Of a stretch of DNA of 64,000 nucleotides, positions 1 to 12,300 are shown one piece after another (positions within the stretch are counted from its first letter, which is position 1; every line of letters starts with the position of its first letter). The notes below the pieces were generated by a model, which saw only the letters and a list, made by a program, of their open reading frames with translations, was not told the origin of the DNA and did no database searches. Both the position numbers and the translations under genes were made by a program. The stretch comes from Bacteroidia bacterium (GTDB lineage Bacteria; Bacteroidota; Bacteroidia; NS11-12g; UBA9320), in the NCBI GenBank assembly GCA_965216465.1, contig CBDCFW010000006.1, positions 710,440-774,439 of the forward strand, given 5' to 3'.

Positions 1-1
1 T

Positions 2-1576
2 GACGCCATCGTGCGGACTATAGCAGTCGATCCAACCATGACGAATCATGATAACCCATCAACTACTGGCTTTGGGATGACAAACAACGAGGAGCGATTC
101 TTTTCACCTCAGTTTAATTTTTCAGCAGCAGGAGAAGCTGAATTTAGATTTGAATTTATTTTAGGAGGGAGTTACGATAATTCTACAGATTCAGGTACCA
201 TAGTAACACTTGAAAATGTTGCCATAAACACCTACGATATTGATGGAAATGGCCTTTCTGGGACCAACCAATACAATCAGTTTGGAGGATTTTACAATAC
301 CTACTTAGGTTCGGCTACAACTGTTTCGCCAACTTATGATGTTGGTTCCGGTCTTACCAATTTTAGATCAAGTATATCGTCAAATGTTTCGAACGTACTT
401 GACGACAATACAAGGGTACAAGTAGCTTATTCTTCAGTGAGTTCATTTACAATTGTGGTTGGAGCTGAAGGAGGTGGGTACGCCTATTTCTTTATAGACT
501 TTGGTACTGGTAGCACATGGACTAATCCCCCCGATACTTTAAGTCCACCACTTGTGGATTTAGATACTTCTACCCCAGGAGAAGAACGAACCGATACGTT
601 TTGTGCTACTCCAAGTTACTTTACAGGTGGAGGAACAAACATTGTTACTACTAACCCAACCATTGATGAATTAATGATTACCTATGACTCATCTGCTGTT
701 AGAGATGGGGCTTATGAGCAATTGTTAGTTCAAGGTGCGGTAAGCGGTGATACGCTTCCTCTCTATTTCTTGTCAGATACCAGCTATGCTGTTGTTGATT
801 TGAATGGTGTACAATTCCAAGCGGAAGGAACCATTTCTGGTGAGCAACGAACTATAACATTCACTCGACTGGTTGGAACCATGTCGGTGGCTGAAACTGA
901 AATGCTTTTAGACTCATTGGCTTATTACAATGCCATGCCATCAACCGCCCTGAGACAATTTGATGTTCTAATGCGAAGTGGAGCCTTTACAAGCTTGGCT
1001 ACTCAATTTAACACATTAACCAGTTGTTCTTTCTTATCTATTGCCCAATTAGATTTTGAAATTAGTTCATCCAAAGACAATCATGCAGTTTTGAGGTGGT
1101 ATGTAAAAAATGAAACTGACGTTTCGCACTACGAAATTGAAAGAAGTGTCAATCCGGAACACTGGGAATCAATAGGCTGGGTTTCTTCCTATGCACTTCA
1201 AAACGATTTTAACATATACACTTTTGTAGACCAAAACACACTTCCAAGTGAAATTTGCTACAGGTTAACTCCATATTCTACGAGCAATGCTCCGGCAGGA
1301 TCGTATGTAGAATGTATTGACCTTACATCTAAGGACCCAATTGTAGATGTGTTTCCTAACCCATCGAAGGATAAAATTCAGGTAAATCTTGTAAACTGCA
1401 ATGACCCAAGAATTACTTTTACCGATAGTAGAGGTTTAGACATTTCTGGCGAAATAAAGCCACTTCATGGAAGTAATTTGGAATTTGATTTAGGCAATTT
1501 ACGTCAAGGGTTATACTTTATTCACGTTGAGACCAATTCAGGAATTGTAACCAAGCCACTTACCGTGGTAGATTAA
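2..1576 (+). CDS. Secreted protein with T9SS (Por) C-terminal sorting domain, 5'-partial (reading frame open to the window edge)
   Basis: No stop between nt 2 and the annotated GTG at 11, so the gene starts upstream of the window. The C-terminal ~75 aa (VFPNPSKDKIQVNL...GLYFIHVETNSGIVTKPLTVVD) match the type-A T9SS CTD pattern. The body is Thr/Ser/Gly-rich. Confidence 0.6.
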   Translation, partial: DAIVRTIAVDPTMTNHDNPSTTGFGMTNNEERFFSPQFNFSAAGEAEFRFEFILGGSYDNSTDSGTIVTLENVAINTYDIDGNGLSGTNQYNQFGGFYNTYLGSATTVSPTYDVGSGLTNFRSSISSNVSNVLDDNTRVQVAYSSVSSFTIVVGAEGGGYAYFFIDFGTGSTWTNPPDTLSPPLVDLDTSTPGEERTDTFCATPSYFTGGGTNIVTTNPTIDELMITYDSSAVRDGAYEQLLVQGAVSGDTLPLYFLSDTSYAVVDLNGVQFQAEGTISGEQRTITFTRLVGTMSVAETEMLLDSLAYYNAMPSTALRQFDVLMRSGAFTSLATQFNTLTSCSFLSIAQLDFEISSSKDNHAVLRWYVKNETDVSHYEIERSVNPEHWESIGWVSSYALQNDFNIYTFVDQNTLPSEICYRLTPYSTSNAPAGSYVECIDLTSKDPIVDVFPNPSKDKIQVNLVNCNDPRITFTDSRGLDISGEIKPLHGSNLEFDLGNLRQGLYFIHVETNSGIVTKPLTVVD

Positions 1577-1577
1577 C

Positions 1578-2549
1578 CTAGCAGAACCACCAATAATCCT
1601 TAGCTTTTTTCAGTGAAGTTTGGTCTAAACGCTCTTGAATTTTAGCCTTATCTTCAGGCGAAGATACAGCCAGTATAAGCTGCTTATTGGCCCAGTTAAT
1701 ATCAGATGGGCTTGATAGCACTACATCATGAATCGTAACTCCTTGCTTTTTAGGATTGTCAGTTATCCAAATAAATTGCTGACCTGCTTCATTTAATAAT
1801 GATGCAACGCGCTTACCTTTCTTTCCTGCTCCCCATAACACAAGTTCTTTGGTTCTATTAAAATCAATATCTAAAAACCTGCGTACTTTTAAAGGGTAGT
1901 AAGCCATAGGGAAGTAAATTGGTAACTTTCGGGAGGTTCTATTCTGGCTATCTCTCCAATGATGAATAACTTCCTGAACCCGAACAACGTCTGTGCCATG
2001 TTTGTATGCTCTGAAGCAAAAATCATAGTCCTCAGGAAGATAATCTGAGTTAAACCCTCCTATTCTATCAAAGTCATCACGGTCCATTAGCCAACCCGGT
2101 GAAGGAATTGGACATTCCATATAAACATCCTCCCAAAAATTGTCAGCAGACATGAGATTATTTATCCAATTTTCATAATTCTGGAAGCCTAATCCAACCA
2201 TCCACTCATCTGAGAAGTACTTAACCTTACCTGTTACCACGCTGTTAGGTGTCCATGATTCTACTAGTAGTTTTAGTTTATTCAAAGGCATTATGTCGTC
2301 GGCATCCATACGATGAATGAACTGGCCGTTTACTTGTGCATAGGCAGTACGTAACGCATCTATTATTCCATTTCCTTGATTATCAAGCCATTGAATCTTG
2401 TCGTTTTGATGCGAATATTCCCATAAAATTTCAGAGGTTTGATCTGTACTCGAATCATTCACTACAACCAACTCCCAGTTTTGATAAGACTGAGCTAAGA
2501 TTGAGTCTATACAAGGCCTTAAGTACGGTGCAGCGTTCTTTGCAGGCAT
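1578..2549 (-). CDS. Glycosyltransferase family 2 protein with C-terminal Rossmann-like extension
   Basis: GT2 signature IVMPAKNAAPYLRPCIDSILAQSYQNWELVVVNDSSTD...RMDADD. The ORF-track start at 2729 adds ~60 aa of unconserved sequence; the likely start is the internal Met (MPAKN) at 2549. The C-terminal ~90 aa carry a VLWGAGKKGK nucleotide-binding-like motif. Confidence 0.6.
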   Translation of the reverse strand: MPAKNAAPYLRPCIDSILAQSYQNWELVVVNDSSTDQTSEILWEYSHQNDKIQWLDNQGNGIIDALRTAYAQVNGQFIHRMDADDIMPLNKLKLLVESWTPNSVVTGKVKYFSDEWMVGLGFQNYENWINNLMSADNFWEDVYMECPIPSPGWLMDRDDFDRIGGFNSDYLPEDYDFCFRAYKHGTDVVRVQEVIHHWRDSQNRTSRKLPIYFPMAYYPLKVRRFLDIDFNRTKELVLWGAGKKGKRVASLLNEAGQQFIWITDNPKKQGVTIHDVVLSSPSDINWANKQLILAVSSPEDKAKIQERLDQTSLKKAKDYWWFC

Positions 2550-2804
2550 TACTATACTTATCAACTTTTTCACCTTCACAATGCAAATTTTACTATATTT
2601 GACATAGGACTGGAGAAGATAATTGAAAAATTCAACAGTTTTTACTTTTCCGGCTTTAACCGAAACGTATAAGAACAGGCCTTGAAATCCAGACTTGTCG
2701 GTAATGAACTTACCTCGGTAAGTGAACATTGGAAGTTCGTGACGTGGAGAGAGCCAAATCCTATTTTTTAGGAATTTTTCAAGTAGTCCAGTCCTTTTTT
2801 TCTT

Positions 2805-3947
2805 TTATCGAATCACACCACTTCCTACCAAAACATCATCCTCGTACCAAGTTGCGAATTGACCTTTTGCCACCGCTTTTTGAGGTTTTTCAAATTCGAT
2901 GATTAACCCTTTTTCTTTCTTTCTTAATTTAGCAGCAAACAAAGGTTGTCTATAGCGTATCCTTACTTGATAAGATCGCTCCTCTCCTGGTTTCATTTTT
3001 GCACTTGGTAGCAACCAGTGAATATCGTCTTCGTCAACAAACAATCCTTTTCTATTCAAGGCCTTATGCTGTTCACCTTCACCAACATAAACCGTGTTTG
3101 TGTCGGTATTTGTTTGTACAATGAAAAGTGGGTTTGCATAGCCTCCTATATTTAGTCCTTTTCTTTGGCCAATAGTATAGAAATGAGCTCCATTGTGCTC
3201 GCCAATAACCTTGCCATCTGACTCAGCAAATTCATATTCATCTTCGACTTGAAGATCGCTTTTAAAACCTGGCCATTCGTTTGAAATTTCAACAACGTTG
3301 CCTTTCTTTTCTTTGAGTTGTTGTTTCAGAAAATCAGGTAGCTTTACCTTTCCAATAAAGCACAGTCCCTGAGAATCACGCTTTTCTGCTGTAACGAGAT
3401 CTTGTTCTTTAGCGATTCGACGCACTTCACTTTTCTCTAATTCTCCTATTGGAAAAAGAGCCTTTGCGAGTTGATCTTGATTCACCTGGCAGAGGAAATA
3501 ACTTTGATCTTTGTTTCCATCTTTACCAGCAAGCAGTCGAAATTCGCCGTTTACCTCATCTTTTCTGCAATAATGCCCAGTGGCAACATAATCTGCCCCA
3601 AGGTTCATAGCGTGTTTTAAAAACGTGTCAAATTTGATTTCGCGATTGCATAGCACATCTGGATTTGGAGTTCTACCGCTTTTATACTCATCGAACATGT
3701 ATGACACAATTCGATCATAGTACTCTTTGCTAAGGTCTATGGTGTGAAATGGTATTCCAAGCTTGTCGGCTACAAGCAATGCATCTTTACTATCCTCCTC
3801 CCACGGACATTCATCACTAATTGTGAATTCTGTATCATGCCAGTTTTTCATGAAGACACCAATGACTTCATGACCTTGTTCTTGAAGTAAATAAGCAGCT
3901 ACAGAGGAATCCACTCCTCCCGATAATCCGACAACTACCTTTGCCAT
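2805..3947 (-). CDS. mnmA: tRNA-specific 2-thiouridylase MnmA
   Basis: PP-loop motif [16 protein letters not shown] at the N-terminus; length 380 aa; typical MnmA architecture. Confidence 0.85.
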   Translation of the reverse strand: MAKVVVGLSGGVDSSVAAYLLQEQGHEVIGVFMKNWHDTEFTISDECPWEEDSKDALLVADKLGIPFHTIDLSKEYYDRIVSYMFDEYKSGRTPNPDVLCNREIKFDTFLKHAMNLGADYVATGHYCRKDEVNGEFRLLAGKDGNKDQSYFLCQVNQDQLAKALFPIGELEKSEVRRIAKEQDLVTAEKRDSQGLCFIGKVKLPDFLKQQLKEKKGNVVEISNEWPGFKSDLQVEDEYEFAESDGKVIGEHNGAHFYTIGQRKGLNIGGYANPLFIVQTNTDTNTVYVGEGEQHKALNRKGLFVDEDDIHWLLPSAKMKPGEERSYQVRIRYRQPLFAAKLRKKEKGLIIEFEKPQKAVAKGQFATWYEDDVLVGSGVIR

Positions 3948-3954
3948 TTCATTC

Positions 3955-6447
3955 TTATTCTATAACGTTCAATTTAAAATGAAGCTGTTTGTTATCATCA
4001 ATAAAGGTAATGATATAAACAGAGGAAGGTAAAACAGGTACGACTAAGGTATTGTTCACTAAACTCCCTCGATTCATTACTTTTCCTTCCAGATTAGTAA
4101 TGATGTATTGCTTCATTGCATCACCTTTAAAGGTAATATGTTGCCCAACTTTAGCTGGATTAGGATAGAAGAACCTCAAGTTCTCCAACTCTTCAATAGA
4201 AGCTCTGAAATTTAAATTGTAATCTCGATCAACACTATCAATTCCGCAGAAATTTGACACAAATAATTCTGCAGTATAGCTTCCTTTATCGGGATACGCA
4301 TGTGTTGGGTTTTCTTCTGTTGATGTGTTTCCATCACCAAAATCCCAATGAAATTCTATCCCATGATCTGATATGTTGGTGAAGTCTATTTCTAAGCCAT
4401 CAATAACTTCTGTGAACTTAGGATCTACAAATGGAATAACTTCAACAGTATCTGTTTGTGGTTCACTCACGCCACAGGCATTTGCAGCAATAACTGCAAC
4501 CGTGTGCACCCCTGCTTCTGTCCATTCAACTTGAACTAACTCGGTGGTTGTACTTCCATTAAAAGACCCTCCTCCAGACAAGGTCCAGAAGTAAGATTCT
4601 GCGGTTGGAACAGGGTTAATGCTATAATTACTGAATCCAAAACAGGCACTGTCGTTGGTAATAAAGCTACCCGGCGTGTCCAATGAATCTATTTCAACAA
4701 AAACAGTTTTTTCGACGGTATCAGAGCCAATAATGTTTGTGGTTATCAAAGTAATTGTTTTGGTTCCAGAAGTAGTATAAATTACGGTATGTGGCCCTTC
4801 TGTGCTGGCCGTGGCCGGACTCGCACCGTCACCAAAATCCCAAGAATACACTGTTACTGTACCCGTTGTATTGTCTGTTACGGTAAAGTCCTCTTCGGGG
4901 CATAAAACAGCAACACTCGTGTTAAAATCACCTTCTGGTGGAGTCAAGTTACAAGAGTTATTTGGGACAGCAACCATAGGAGTTGGACCACATGGGCTTG
5001 AAACAACTCCTCGACCTGTTACGTACTGACCTGCTGCAATATCCGTAGCTACTAAATTTGCTTTGCGCACTCCATTCGACAAAGAGTAGTGCATTACTTT
5101 AGCATTATCTCTAACATGACCCAGCTGGAGGCCATGTCCCAATTCGTGGGTAGCAACACTCTGAAAATCATATTGATTGCTGCCTGGATTACCCGTCCCA
5201 TAATACCAGCTGTATGTGCTGTCAAACTGAATATCTAGTTCTCTAACGAACCAGTTTAGGTTAGTATTTGCACTGAACCAACATCCGGAATACCAGCTGT
5301 AACAAACGCCCAGTTTTCCATCACCAAAATTGGTAAATCGAACAACATTCACATCGTCTTGGCCATCAACAGTATCTACTGTAGTAGTTGCTCCAATTAT
5401 CCAATTCATTTGCGTTTCGCATCTCCATTCTTCCAATGACCGTGTAAAAGAAGTCACGGCAGCAGCTTTATTAGCAAAGTTTGATGCAAATTGCCACGTA
5501 TATCCGCCTAAACTATTGTCATTCACATGGTCTATTTGGAAAGCTGGAGTATCTCCCGAAGGCAATGGGTAAAATAAATTTGAGTGGGCCCAATCTATGG
5601 TCAAATTGCTTGAAGATTCACCCGATTCGTCATTGTCGTTCACTACTTCAACGGTTCCCGTTCCTGCTCGTGACGGAACAATAACCTTAATCTCTGTATT
5701 GCTCCAACTCTTATACGACCAGCCAACAGGTGGATAGTAATATCTGCCATCGCCAAAGTTCGCATCTTTAAACCCAACTTTACCATTACCTCTGGTCGCA
5801 CCGAAATTTGACCCGTTAATGGTTAGCTCTGTTTCTGTTCCTGAATTAAGTGTATCTAAACTAAACGATGAAATTACTGGGTTAGCAAGTGCTCTAATCT
5901 GCTTTTTGCCCGCCTCTACATTGACATCTTTTACTGTGCTGTAATTCTCTTTGGTTATAGACTTAATGGTTTCGTATAAGTCAAAGCGAATCGAGTTGTA
6001 TTTTGCACTGATATCAAATGCTTTATAGTTCACTAAATCATAGTGAATAAAAGACTGAATTGAAGCAGTTGGTTGATATAGGTCACCATATCCCGACAAA
6101 GGTTTAGTGCTCTTTTTAACCAATATGATTCCTGTTTCTTTAACTTCTAGCTCCAAAGACGGACTAGCAACAAGTCTATTTAACCCTACGGTTCCTCCTT
6201 CTGTAACAACATTTATAATGCTATTGGCATAGCTACCTTTAAATGATTTATAAACTTCAATCGTATTGATCGTATAAATCATCTTGTGATTGTCGTCCCA
6301 AACACTTTGTTTATCAATTATTTTACCTTCAATTACAAGATCACTTTTCTTGATTCTTTTCTCTAAAGACCAAGGCTCGATCATACATTGTGCAATTGCT
6401 AAAGAACTAAATAGGATAAGTGCTAATAAGCTACTGAGGTGTTTCAT
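3955..6447 (-). CDS. Secreted metzincin-type zinc metalloprotease with PKD-like repeats and T9SS C-terminal domain
   Basis: Signal peptide [19 protein letters not shown]|Q. Zinc motif [11 protein letters not shown] followed by a Met-turn (VMHY). Repeated WDFGDG PKD-like motifs. C-terminal [15 protein letters not shown]...[20 protein letters not shown] matches a T9SS CTD. Confidence 0.7.
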   Translation of the reverse strand: MKHLSSLLALILFSSLAIAQCMIEPWSLEKRIKKSDLVIEGKIIDKQSVWDDNHKMIYTINTIEVYKSFKGSYANSIINVVTEGGTVGLNRLVASPSLELEVKETGIILVKKSTKPLSGYGDLYQPTASIQSFIHYDLVNYKAFDISAKYNSIRFDLYETIKSITKENYSTVKDVNVEAGKKQIRALANPVISSFSLDTLNSGTETELTINGSNFGATRGNGKVGFKDANFGDGRYYYPPVGWSYKSWSNTEIKVIVPSRAGTGTVEVVNDNDESGESSSNLTIDWAHSNLFYPLPSGDTPAFQIDHVNDNSLGGYTWQFASNFANKAAAVTSFTRSLEEWRCETQMNWIIGATTTVDTVDGQDDVNVVRFTNFGDGKLGVCYSWYSGCWFSANTNLNWFVRELDIQFDSTYSWYYGTGNPGSNQYDFQSVATHELGHGLQLGHVRDNAKVMHYSLSNGVRKANLVATDIAAGQYVTGRGVVSSPCGPTPMVAVPNNSCNLTPPEGDFNTSVAVLCPEEDFTVTDNTTGTVTVYSWDFGDGASPATASTEGPHTVIYTTSGTKTITLITTNIIGSDTVEKTVFVEIDSLDTPGSFITNDSACFGFSNYSINPVPTAESYFWTLSGGGSFNGSTTTELVQVEWTEAGVHTVAVIAANACGVSEPQTDTVEVIPFVDPKFTEVIDGLEIDFTNISDHGIEFHWDFGDGNTSTEENPTHAYPDKGSYTAELFVSNFCGIDSVDRDYNLNFRASIEELENLRFFYPNPAKVGQHITFKGDAMKQYIITNLEGKVMNRGSLVNNTLVVPVLPSSVYIITFIDDNKQLHFKLNVIE

Positions 6448-6540
6448 CGTAAATTTATTTTAGTTGTTGTAGTTGCATTTTACCCCTGTTTCCAACGGAT
6501 ATAGGAATAAATTGTAAAAACAAATTTAGGAAGATATCTA

Positions 6541-7746
6541 ATGGTACTGCAATTTATTATTAACATTTGCACTGATTTGAAAAAGGATATAAACAAGACC
6601 ATTGGAATATTAGGAGGAGGTCAATTGGGTAAGATGCTTTTTGAAGCAGGATCACCCATGAACTTGAATTATCAGTTTCTTGAAAAATCTTCTGATTGCC
6701 CAGCATCGTTAGTGTCTAACAATCAGGTTGTTGGCGGATTAAAGGACGAAGCAAAGATTAGAGAATTAGCTCAATTATCTGACGTGTTATCCTACGAAAT
6801 TGAGCATGTGAATGTTGACGCTCTTGAAGCATTAGAGGGTGAAGGGAAATTGGTGATTCCTCAATCTAGCGTTCTAAGAATTATACAAGACAAAGGCTTA
6901 CAAAAAGCATTTTATGCCAAGCATCAAACCCCAACTTTAGCTTTTGAATTGGCCGGCTCAAGTGATCTTGCAGAAAAGGTTGAGGCCTGGCCCGATGACC
7001 GTTTTGTGCTTAAACATCGAAAAGGTGGATATGATGGTAAGGGAGTTCAATTGCTGTCTAAATCGAAGTTTAATGAGCTTCACAATACAAATGACGAATC
7101 GCTGCAAAGCAATGATGGTTATGTGATAGAAAAACTAGCGGTTGACGCTACTGAAGTTTCTGTAATTGTGGCTATTGGTCAACAGGGAGATGTAGTAGAG
7201 TATGAGCCTTGTGAAATGGTTTTTGATCCTAAGTCAAATCTGATGGACTATTTAATAGCCCCAGCTGCAATTTCTGAAGACATAATAGCTCGATGCAAAG
7301 AGGTAGCTTCAATGGCCGTTAAGGCGTTTAACAGCCCGGGAATGTTTGCTGTTGAACTGTTCGCAACCGGTACTGGGGATGTATATGTTAATGAGATAGC
7401 TCCTCGTCCACACAATAGCGGACACCACACCATTGAATCATCGATTACCTCTCAGTACGAGCAACTTAATCGCATACTTTTAGGCATGCCGGTTGGAGAC
7501 ACCCAGTTACTTTGCCCAGCTGCAACGTGCAATATTGTTGGACCTGAGGACGTAAATGGAGAATACTACCTTCACAATATTGAGTCTGTTTTAGCCATTC
7601 CTGGAGTATACATTCATATGTATGGCAAGAAAACAACTTCGCCTTTCAGAAAACTAGGGCATTTCACTGTTTTAGGAAATACAAAAGAGGATGTAGTTGC
7701 CAAAATGAATAAGGTAAAACAAAGCTTAACCATAAAAAGCGTTTAA
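6541..7746 (+). CDS. purK: N5-carboxyaminoimidazole ribonucleotide synthase (ATP-grasp) PurK
   Basis: GILGGGQLGKML P-loop; ATP-grasp core; PurE immediately downstream. Confidence 0.8.
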   Translation: MVLQFIINICTDLKKDINKTIGILGGGQLGKMLFEAGSPMNLNYQFLEKSSDCPASLVSNNQVVGGLKDEAKIRELAQLSDVLSYEIEHVNVDALEALEGEGKLVIPQSSVLRIIQDKGLQKAFYAKHQTPTLAFELAGSSDLAEKVEAWPDDRFVLKHRKGGYDGKGVQLLSKSKFNELHNTNDESLQSNDGYVIEKLAVDATEVSVIVAIGQQGDVVEYEPCEMVFDPKSNLMDYLIAPAAISEDIIARCKEVASMAVKAFNSPGMFAVELFATGTGDVYVNEIAPRPHNSGHHTIESSITSQYEQLNRILLGMPVGDTQLLCPAATCNIVGPEDVNGEYYLHNIESVLAIPGVYIHMYGKKTTSPFRKLGHFTVLGNTKEDVVAKMNKVKQSLTIKSV

Positions 7747-7758
7747 TTTGAACAATAT

Positions 7759-8274
7759 ATGGCTGATGTACTAATAATAATGGGATCTGATTCTGACCTA
7801 CCTGTAATGGCAGAATCAGCAAAAGTTTTAGATGCACTTAATGTTTCTTACCATTTAACTGTGGTTTCTGCACATAGAACACCTGACCGAATGTATGAAT
7901 ACACTAAAAAAGCACATACCGATGGATTTAAGGTGATTATTGCAGGTGCAGGAGGTGCTGCCCACTTGCCAGGAATGGTAGCATCGCTAACTCCTCTTCC
8001 AGTAATCGGGGTTCCAGTTAAATCAAGTAATATGAGCGGTATTGATTCCTTGTATTCAATTGTGCAAATGCCTCCAGGTATTCCAGTTGCTACTATGGCA
8101 ATCAATGGAGCTAAAAATGCAGGAATTATGGCAGCCAAAATGATTGGGGCACATGATTCTGCAGTACAACAACGCGTTTTGGACTACAGTGCCGATATGG
8201 AAAACACGGTGTTAGGAAAAGCCGAAGCACTAGAAAACATGGGATACCGAGAATATCTCGACCAAAAGAAATGA
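7759..8274 (+). CDS. purE: N5-CAIR mutase PurE
   Basis: 171 aa; SDSDLPVM...[16 protein letters not shown] class I PurE signature. Confidence 0.85.
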   Translation: MADVLIIMGSDSDLPVMAESAKVLDALNVSYHLTVVSAHRTPDRMYEYTKKAHTDGFKVIIAGAGGAAHLPGMVASLTPLPVIGVPVKSSNMSGIDSLYSIVQMPPGIPVATMAINGAKNAGIMAAKMIGAHDSAVQQRVLDYSADMENTVLGKAEALENMGYREYLDQKK

Positions 8275-8846
8275 TCATTGTTGATGACTGCCTCGTTTCG
8301 GAGGATGTACTCGAAAAGAAGTTTGCTTGCGATGTTTCTGCGTGCAAGGGTGCATGCTGTATTGAAGGTGATGCTGGTGCTCCATTAGAACGAGATGAGG
8401 TTGAAAGCATTGAGAAAAATCTAGATCTAATCAAGTCTGAAATGGATGCTGAAGGTCTAGAACTATTAGAAAAAGACGGTTTTTACGAAAACGACCCGTT
8501 TGATAGCATGCTAGTTACTACTTGCAAATCGAATAAAGAGTGTGTTTTTGTAGTGAGAAAAGACGGAATTTTAAACTGTGCAATCGAAATAGCCAACAGT
8601 AAGCACAATTTTAACTATCCAAAACCTATAAGTTGTCACTTATATCCTGTGCGTGTAAGCAAATACAACGAATACTACGCACTAAATTATCATAAATGGA
8701 GTATTTGTGCCGATGCATGTACAAAAGGTCAAAAAGAAGACATCAAAGTGTTTGAATTTGCAAAAACTGCTTTAATAAGAAAATTTGGAGAAGATTGGTA
8801 CGAAAACCTGGAAGGAGCTGTTACTGCATATTATGATAAGCCATAA
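8271..8846 (+). CDS. Cys-rich hypothetical protein (DUF3109-like)
   Basis: 191 aa with a [11 protein letters not shown] cluster; overlaps the purE stop by 4 nt (operonic). The family assignment is from memory of Bacteroidetes DUF3109 proteins. Confidence 0.4.
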   Translation: MIIVDDCLVSEDVLEKKFACDVSACKGACCIEGDAGAPLERDEVESIEKNLDLIKSEMDAEGLELLEKDGFYENDPFDSMLVTTCKSNKECVFVVRKDGILNCAIEIANSKHNFNYPKPISCHLYPVRVSKYNEYYALNYHKWSICADACTKGQKEDIKVFEFAKTALIRKFGEDWYENLEGAVTAYYDKP

Positions 8847-9225
8847 CCTTTCCTTTAATGGTAGCTAGCTTACCGTTGTAATAGGTTTTCATAGATACAA
8901 GAATCCCATTTTCATCCCACTCCTCGTAAACTCCATCCATTTCACCTTTAACGTAGTTAACATTCATCTTTTTCATGCCATTTGGCCAGTATTTTATCGC
9001 TCTACCGGATAAAACACCATTTTGATAAAGTCTAACGTCTTTAAGCTTTCCTGATGGGTAATACGCCTTATATAAGCCATGAACATGGCCATTAAGATAA
9101 TTGCATTCGGAATACCCTTCTTCTTCCTGCTTTTTAAGAACTCCACTATAGGGCTCTCCAGCAAGGTATAAGAAACTGTCTTTTACGACTAAGTCTTCCT
9201 TTATTTCGGCGTAAGTAGCGGTCAT
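8821..9225 (-). CDS. MORN-repeat variant protein (YwqK-family-like)
   Basis: Repeated Y-x-N-G-x-x-x-G motifs (YYPSGKLKDVRLYQNGVLSGRAIKYWPNGMK...EWDENGILVSMKTYYNGKL). Confidence 0.5.
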   Translation of the reverse strand: MTATYAEIKEDLVVKDSFLYLAGEPYSGVLKKQEEEGYSECNYLNGHVHGLYKAYYPSGKLKDVRLYQNGVLSGRAIKYWPNGMKKMNVNYVKGEMDGVYEEWDENGILVSMKTYYNGKLATIKGKVMAYHNMQ

Positions 9226-9303
9226 TTTAGTAGCTGAACCTCTACAAAGTAACGAATTTTAGTCGAAAAATCAAAATTATCCACAATTGTGGATTACTCA
9301 AAA

Positions 9304-9333
9304 CAAAAAAAAGTCCCGCATAACGGGACTTTT
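9304..9333 (-). terminator. Rho-independent terminator downstream of nrdJ
   Basis: Hairpin GTCCCG-CATAA-CGGGAC preceded on the + strand by a 9-nt A-run, which gives a U-tract on the minus strand. It lies 20 nt after the nrdJ stop. Confidence 0.7.
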
Positions 9334-9353
9334 AATTTTCTATTTAAATGTGA

Positions 9354-12300
9354 TTAACTACAGCCAGTAGTTGTACCACAGTTCGTACATAAATGACAAG
9401 TACCGTTTCTAATCAATGCTAAACTTCCGCAGTTTGTACAAGGAAGTGCATCAGAAGATGTACCTGTTGGTGGAGTCGCAACTTTTTGAACCATAGCAGC
9501 CTTTTGTACTTCTGGTTTCTTTGTTGTTTCTGCAACAGTTGGCAAGTCGTCTGAAACAGTCTCAATTACTTTAGGTTCTGCCTTTTCAGTTGGCTTGATA
9601 TGAACAAGGTCAGTTCTATTCAAGTATTCAAATCCTAGCAATCTAAAGATGTAATCGATTATAGAAGTTGAGTTCTTGATATTTGGATGACCCTCAACCA
9701 TTCCACTTGGCTCAAATCGAGTAAATGTAAACTTACTTACGTATTCTTCCAATGGAACACCGTATTGTAATCCAATTGATACTGCAATTGAGAAACAGTT
9801 CATTAATGATCTAAATGTAGCTCCTTCACGGTGCATATCGATAAAGATCTCTCCTAAAGTACCATCGTTATACTCACCGGTTCTAACAAAAAGAGTCTGT
9901 CCTCCTACTTTGGCTTTTTGCGTAAATCCTCTACGCTTCCAAGGCAATCGCTTACGCTCAACAATACTAGATAGCTGTCTCATAAACTCTGTACCTTTAG
10001 AATTATCTAGAATTTTTTGAGCTGCCTCAAGTACTTGATCTTGTGTAAGTTCATCGATACTTAGGTTCGCTGCATTGCCAATCGCGTTATCAACCGCATC
10101 GATTGTAGTTTCTTCCTCTTCTTCAGCCACATCAGATTTGTTGCTAAGTGGTTGAGATAGTTTACAACCGTCTCTATATAATGCATTCGCTTTAGTTCCT
10201 AGCTCCCAGCTTAATTGGTAGCAAGATTTGATATCGTCAACAGTTGCTTCATTTGGAAGGTTGATTGTTTTAGAAATTGCTCCAGACAAGAATGGTTGAG
10301 CAGCAGCCATCATTTTAATGTGACCGTGAGCGTGAATGTATCTTTCACCTTTCTCACCACACTTGTTCGCACAATCAAATACAGCATAGTGCTCATCTTT
10401 AAGATAAGGAGCTCCTTCGATAGTCATTGTACCACAAACGTAGTCGTTTGCTTCTGCAATTTCCTTTTTGCTGAAACCTAGCTCTCTAAGCAAGTTGAAG
10501 TTAGAAGAGTTGTATTTCTCAGCAGTAAATCCAAGGCGTTGCATTGCATCTTCTCCAAGAGTCCATTGGTTAAACGCGAAGCTGATTTCAAAAGCTGAAG
10601 CTAATGCACCTTCAATTTTCTCAATATCTTGTTCGTTGAATCCTTTCGATCTTAATGTATCGTGATTAATAGAAGGAGCACCGTTTAATGTTGCGTACCC
10701 TTTGGCATAATTTACAATAGCATCGATTTGATCTTCTGGGTAGTTTAAGTTTTTAAGCGCTAGAGGTACAGATTGGTTAACAATTTTGAAGTATCCTCCA
10801 CCTGATAATTTTTTAAACTTAACAAGTGCAAAGTCTGGCTCAATACCAGTAGTATCACAATCCATAACAAGTCCAATTGTACCTGTAGGTGCAATTACAG
10901 TTGTTTGAGCATTGCGGTATCCGTGTTCTTCACCCCATTGAACAGCTTTATCCCAAGCACCTGTAGCAGATCCTAATAGGTAGTCTGGGCAGTGTTGTGG
11001 GTCAATTCCAACAGGTTTAACACTTAAACCATCATATTCATCAACATTGTAAGCAGCATAACGGTGATTTTTCATCACGCGAAGCATGTGCTTTTTGTTC
11101 TTTTTGTATTGCTTGAATGGTCCTAAGAAAGAAGCCATTTCAGCTGATGTAGCATATGCTGTTCCGGTTAATATCGCAGTAACAGCTCCGCCAATTGCAG
11201 TTGCTTCGTCACTATCGTATGGAATACCTGATACCATAAGTACAGATCCTAAGTTTGCATAACCAAGACCTAAAGTTCTGTATTCGTAAGATAATCTAGC
11301 AACTTCTTTACTTGGGAACTGAGCCATAAGAACAGAAATCTCAAGAACTACTGTCCAAAGTCTAGAGGCATATTCAATAGCTTCAACATCAAACTTGCAC
11401 TCTTCCTCGTCGAAGTATTTTCTCAAGTTAAGCGATGCAAGGTTACAAGCTGTATTGTCTAAGAACATGTATTCAGAACATGGGTTAGATGCGTTAATCT
11501 GTCCACCTTCTGGGCAAGTATGCCATTCATTAATTGTTGTATCAAACTGAACACCTGGATCAGCACAAGCCCAAGCTGCAAATGAGATATCATCCCAAAC
11601 TTTACTAGCAGGAACTGAATCAATAGCTTTACCTGAAGTTCTTGAAATTAATTCCCACTCTCCTTCGTTCTTTAATGCTTCAAAGAATTTGTTAGGAATA
11701 CGTACTGAGTTATTTGAGTTTTGACCTGATACTGTTTGATAAGCTTCACCTTCGTAGTCGGAAGCATAGCCCGCATCGATCAAAGCCTTTACTTTCTTTT
11801 CTTCATCTTTCTTCCAGTTGATGAAAGACATTATTTCGGGGTGGTCTAAATCAAGACAAACCATTTTAGCAGCTCTACGAGTTGTTCCTCCAGATTTGAT
11901 AGCACCAGCAGCTCTATCACCTATTTTAAGGAAGCTCATTAAACCACTAGAAAAACCACCACCGCTTAATTTTTCATTAGCTCCTCTAATTGAAGAGAAG
12001 TTAGTACCTACACCAGAACCGTATTTAAAGATTCTAGCTTCACGAACCCAAAGATCCATAATTCCACCTTCGTTAACTAGATCATCGTCTACAGACAAGA
12101 TAAAGCACGCGTGTGGTTGAGGGCGTTCGTATGCTGAAGTTGATTTCTTTACAGCTCCAGTATCGTGATCTGAGTAGTAATGTCCTTGTGGCTTTCCTGT
12201 AATGCCATAAGAACTATGAAGACCAGTATTAAACCATTGTGGACTGTTAGGAGCAGCCATTTGACCCAAAATACTATAAACCAACTCGTCATAGAATACT

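Noticed and set aside
8126-8434. 102-aa minus-strand ORF spanning the purE/DUF3109 junction
   Set aside because: It overlaps two co-directional, well-supported plus-strand genes and is rich in Ser/Arg; likely non-coding.
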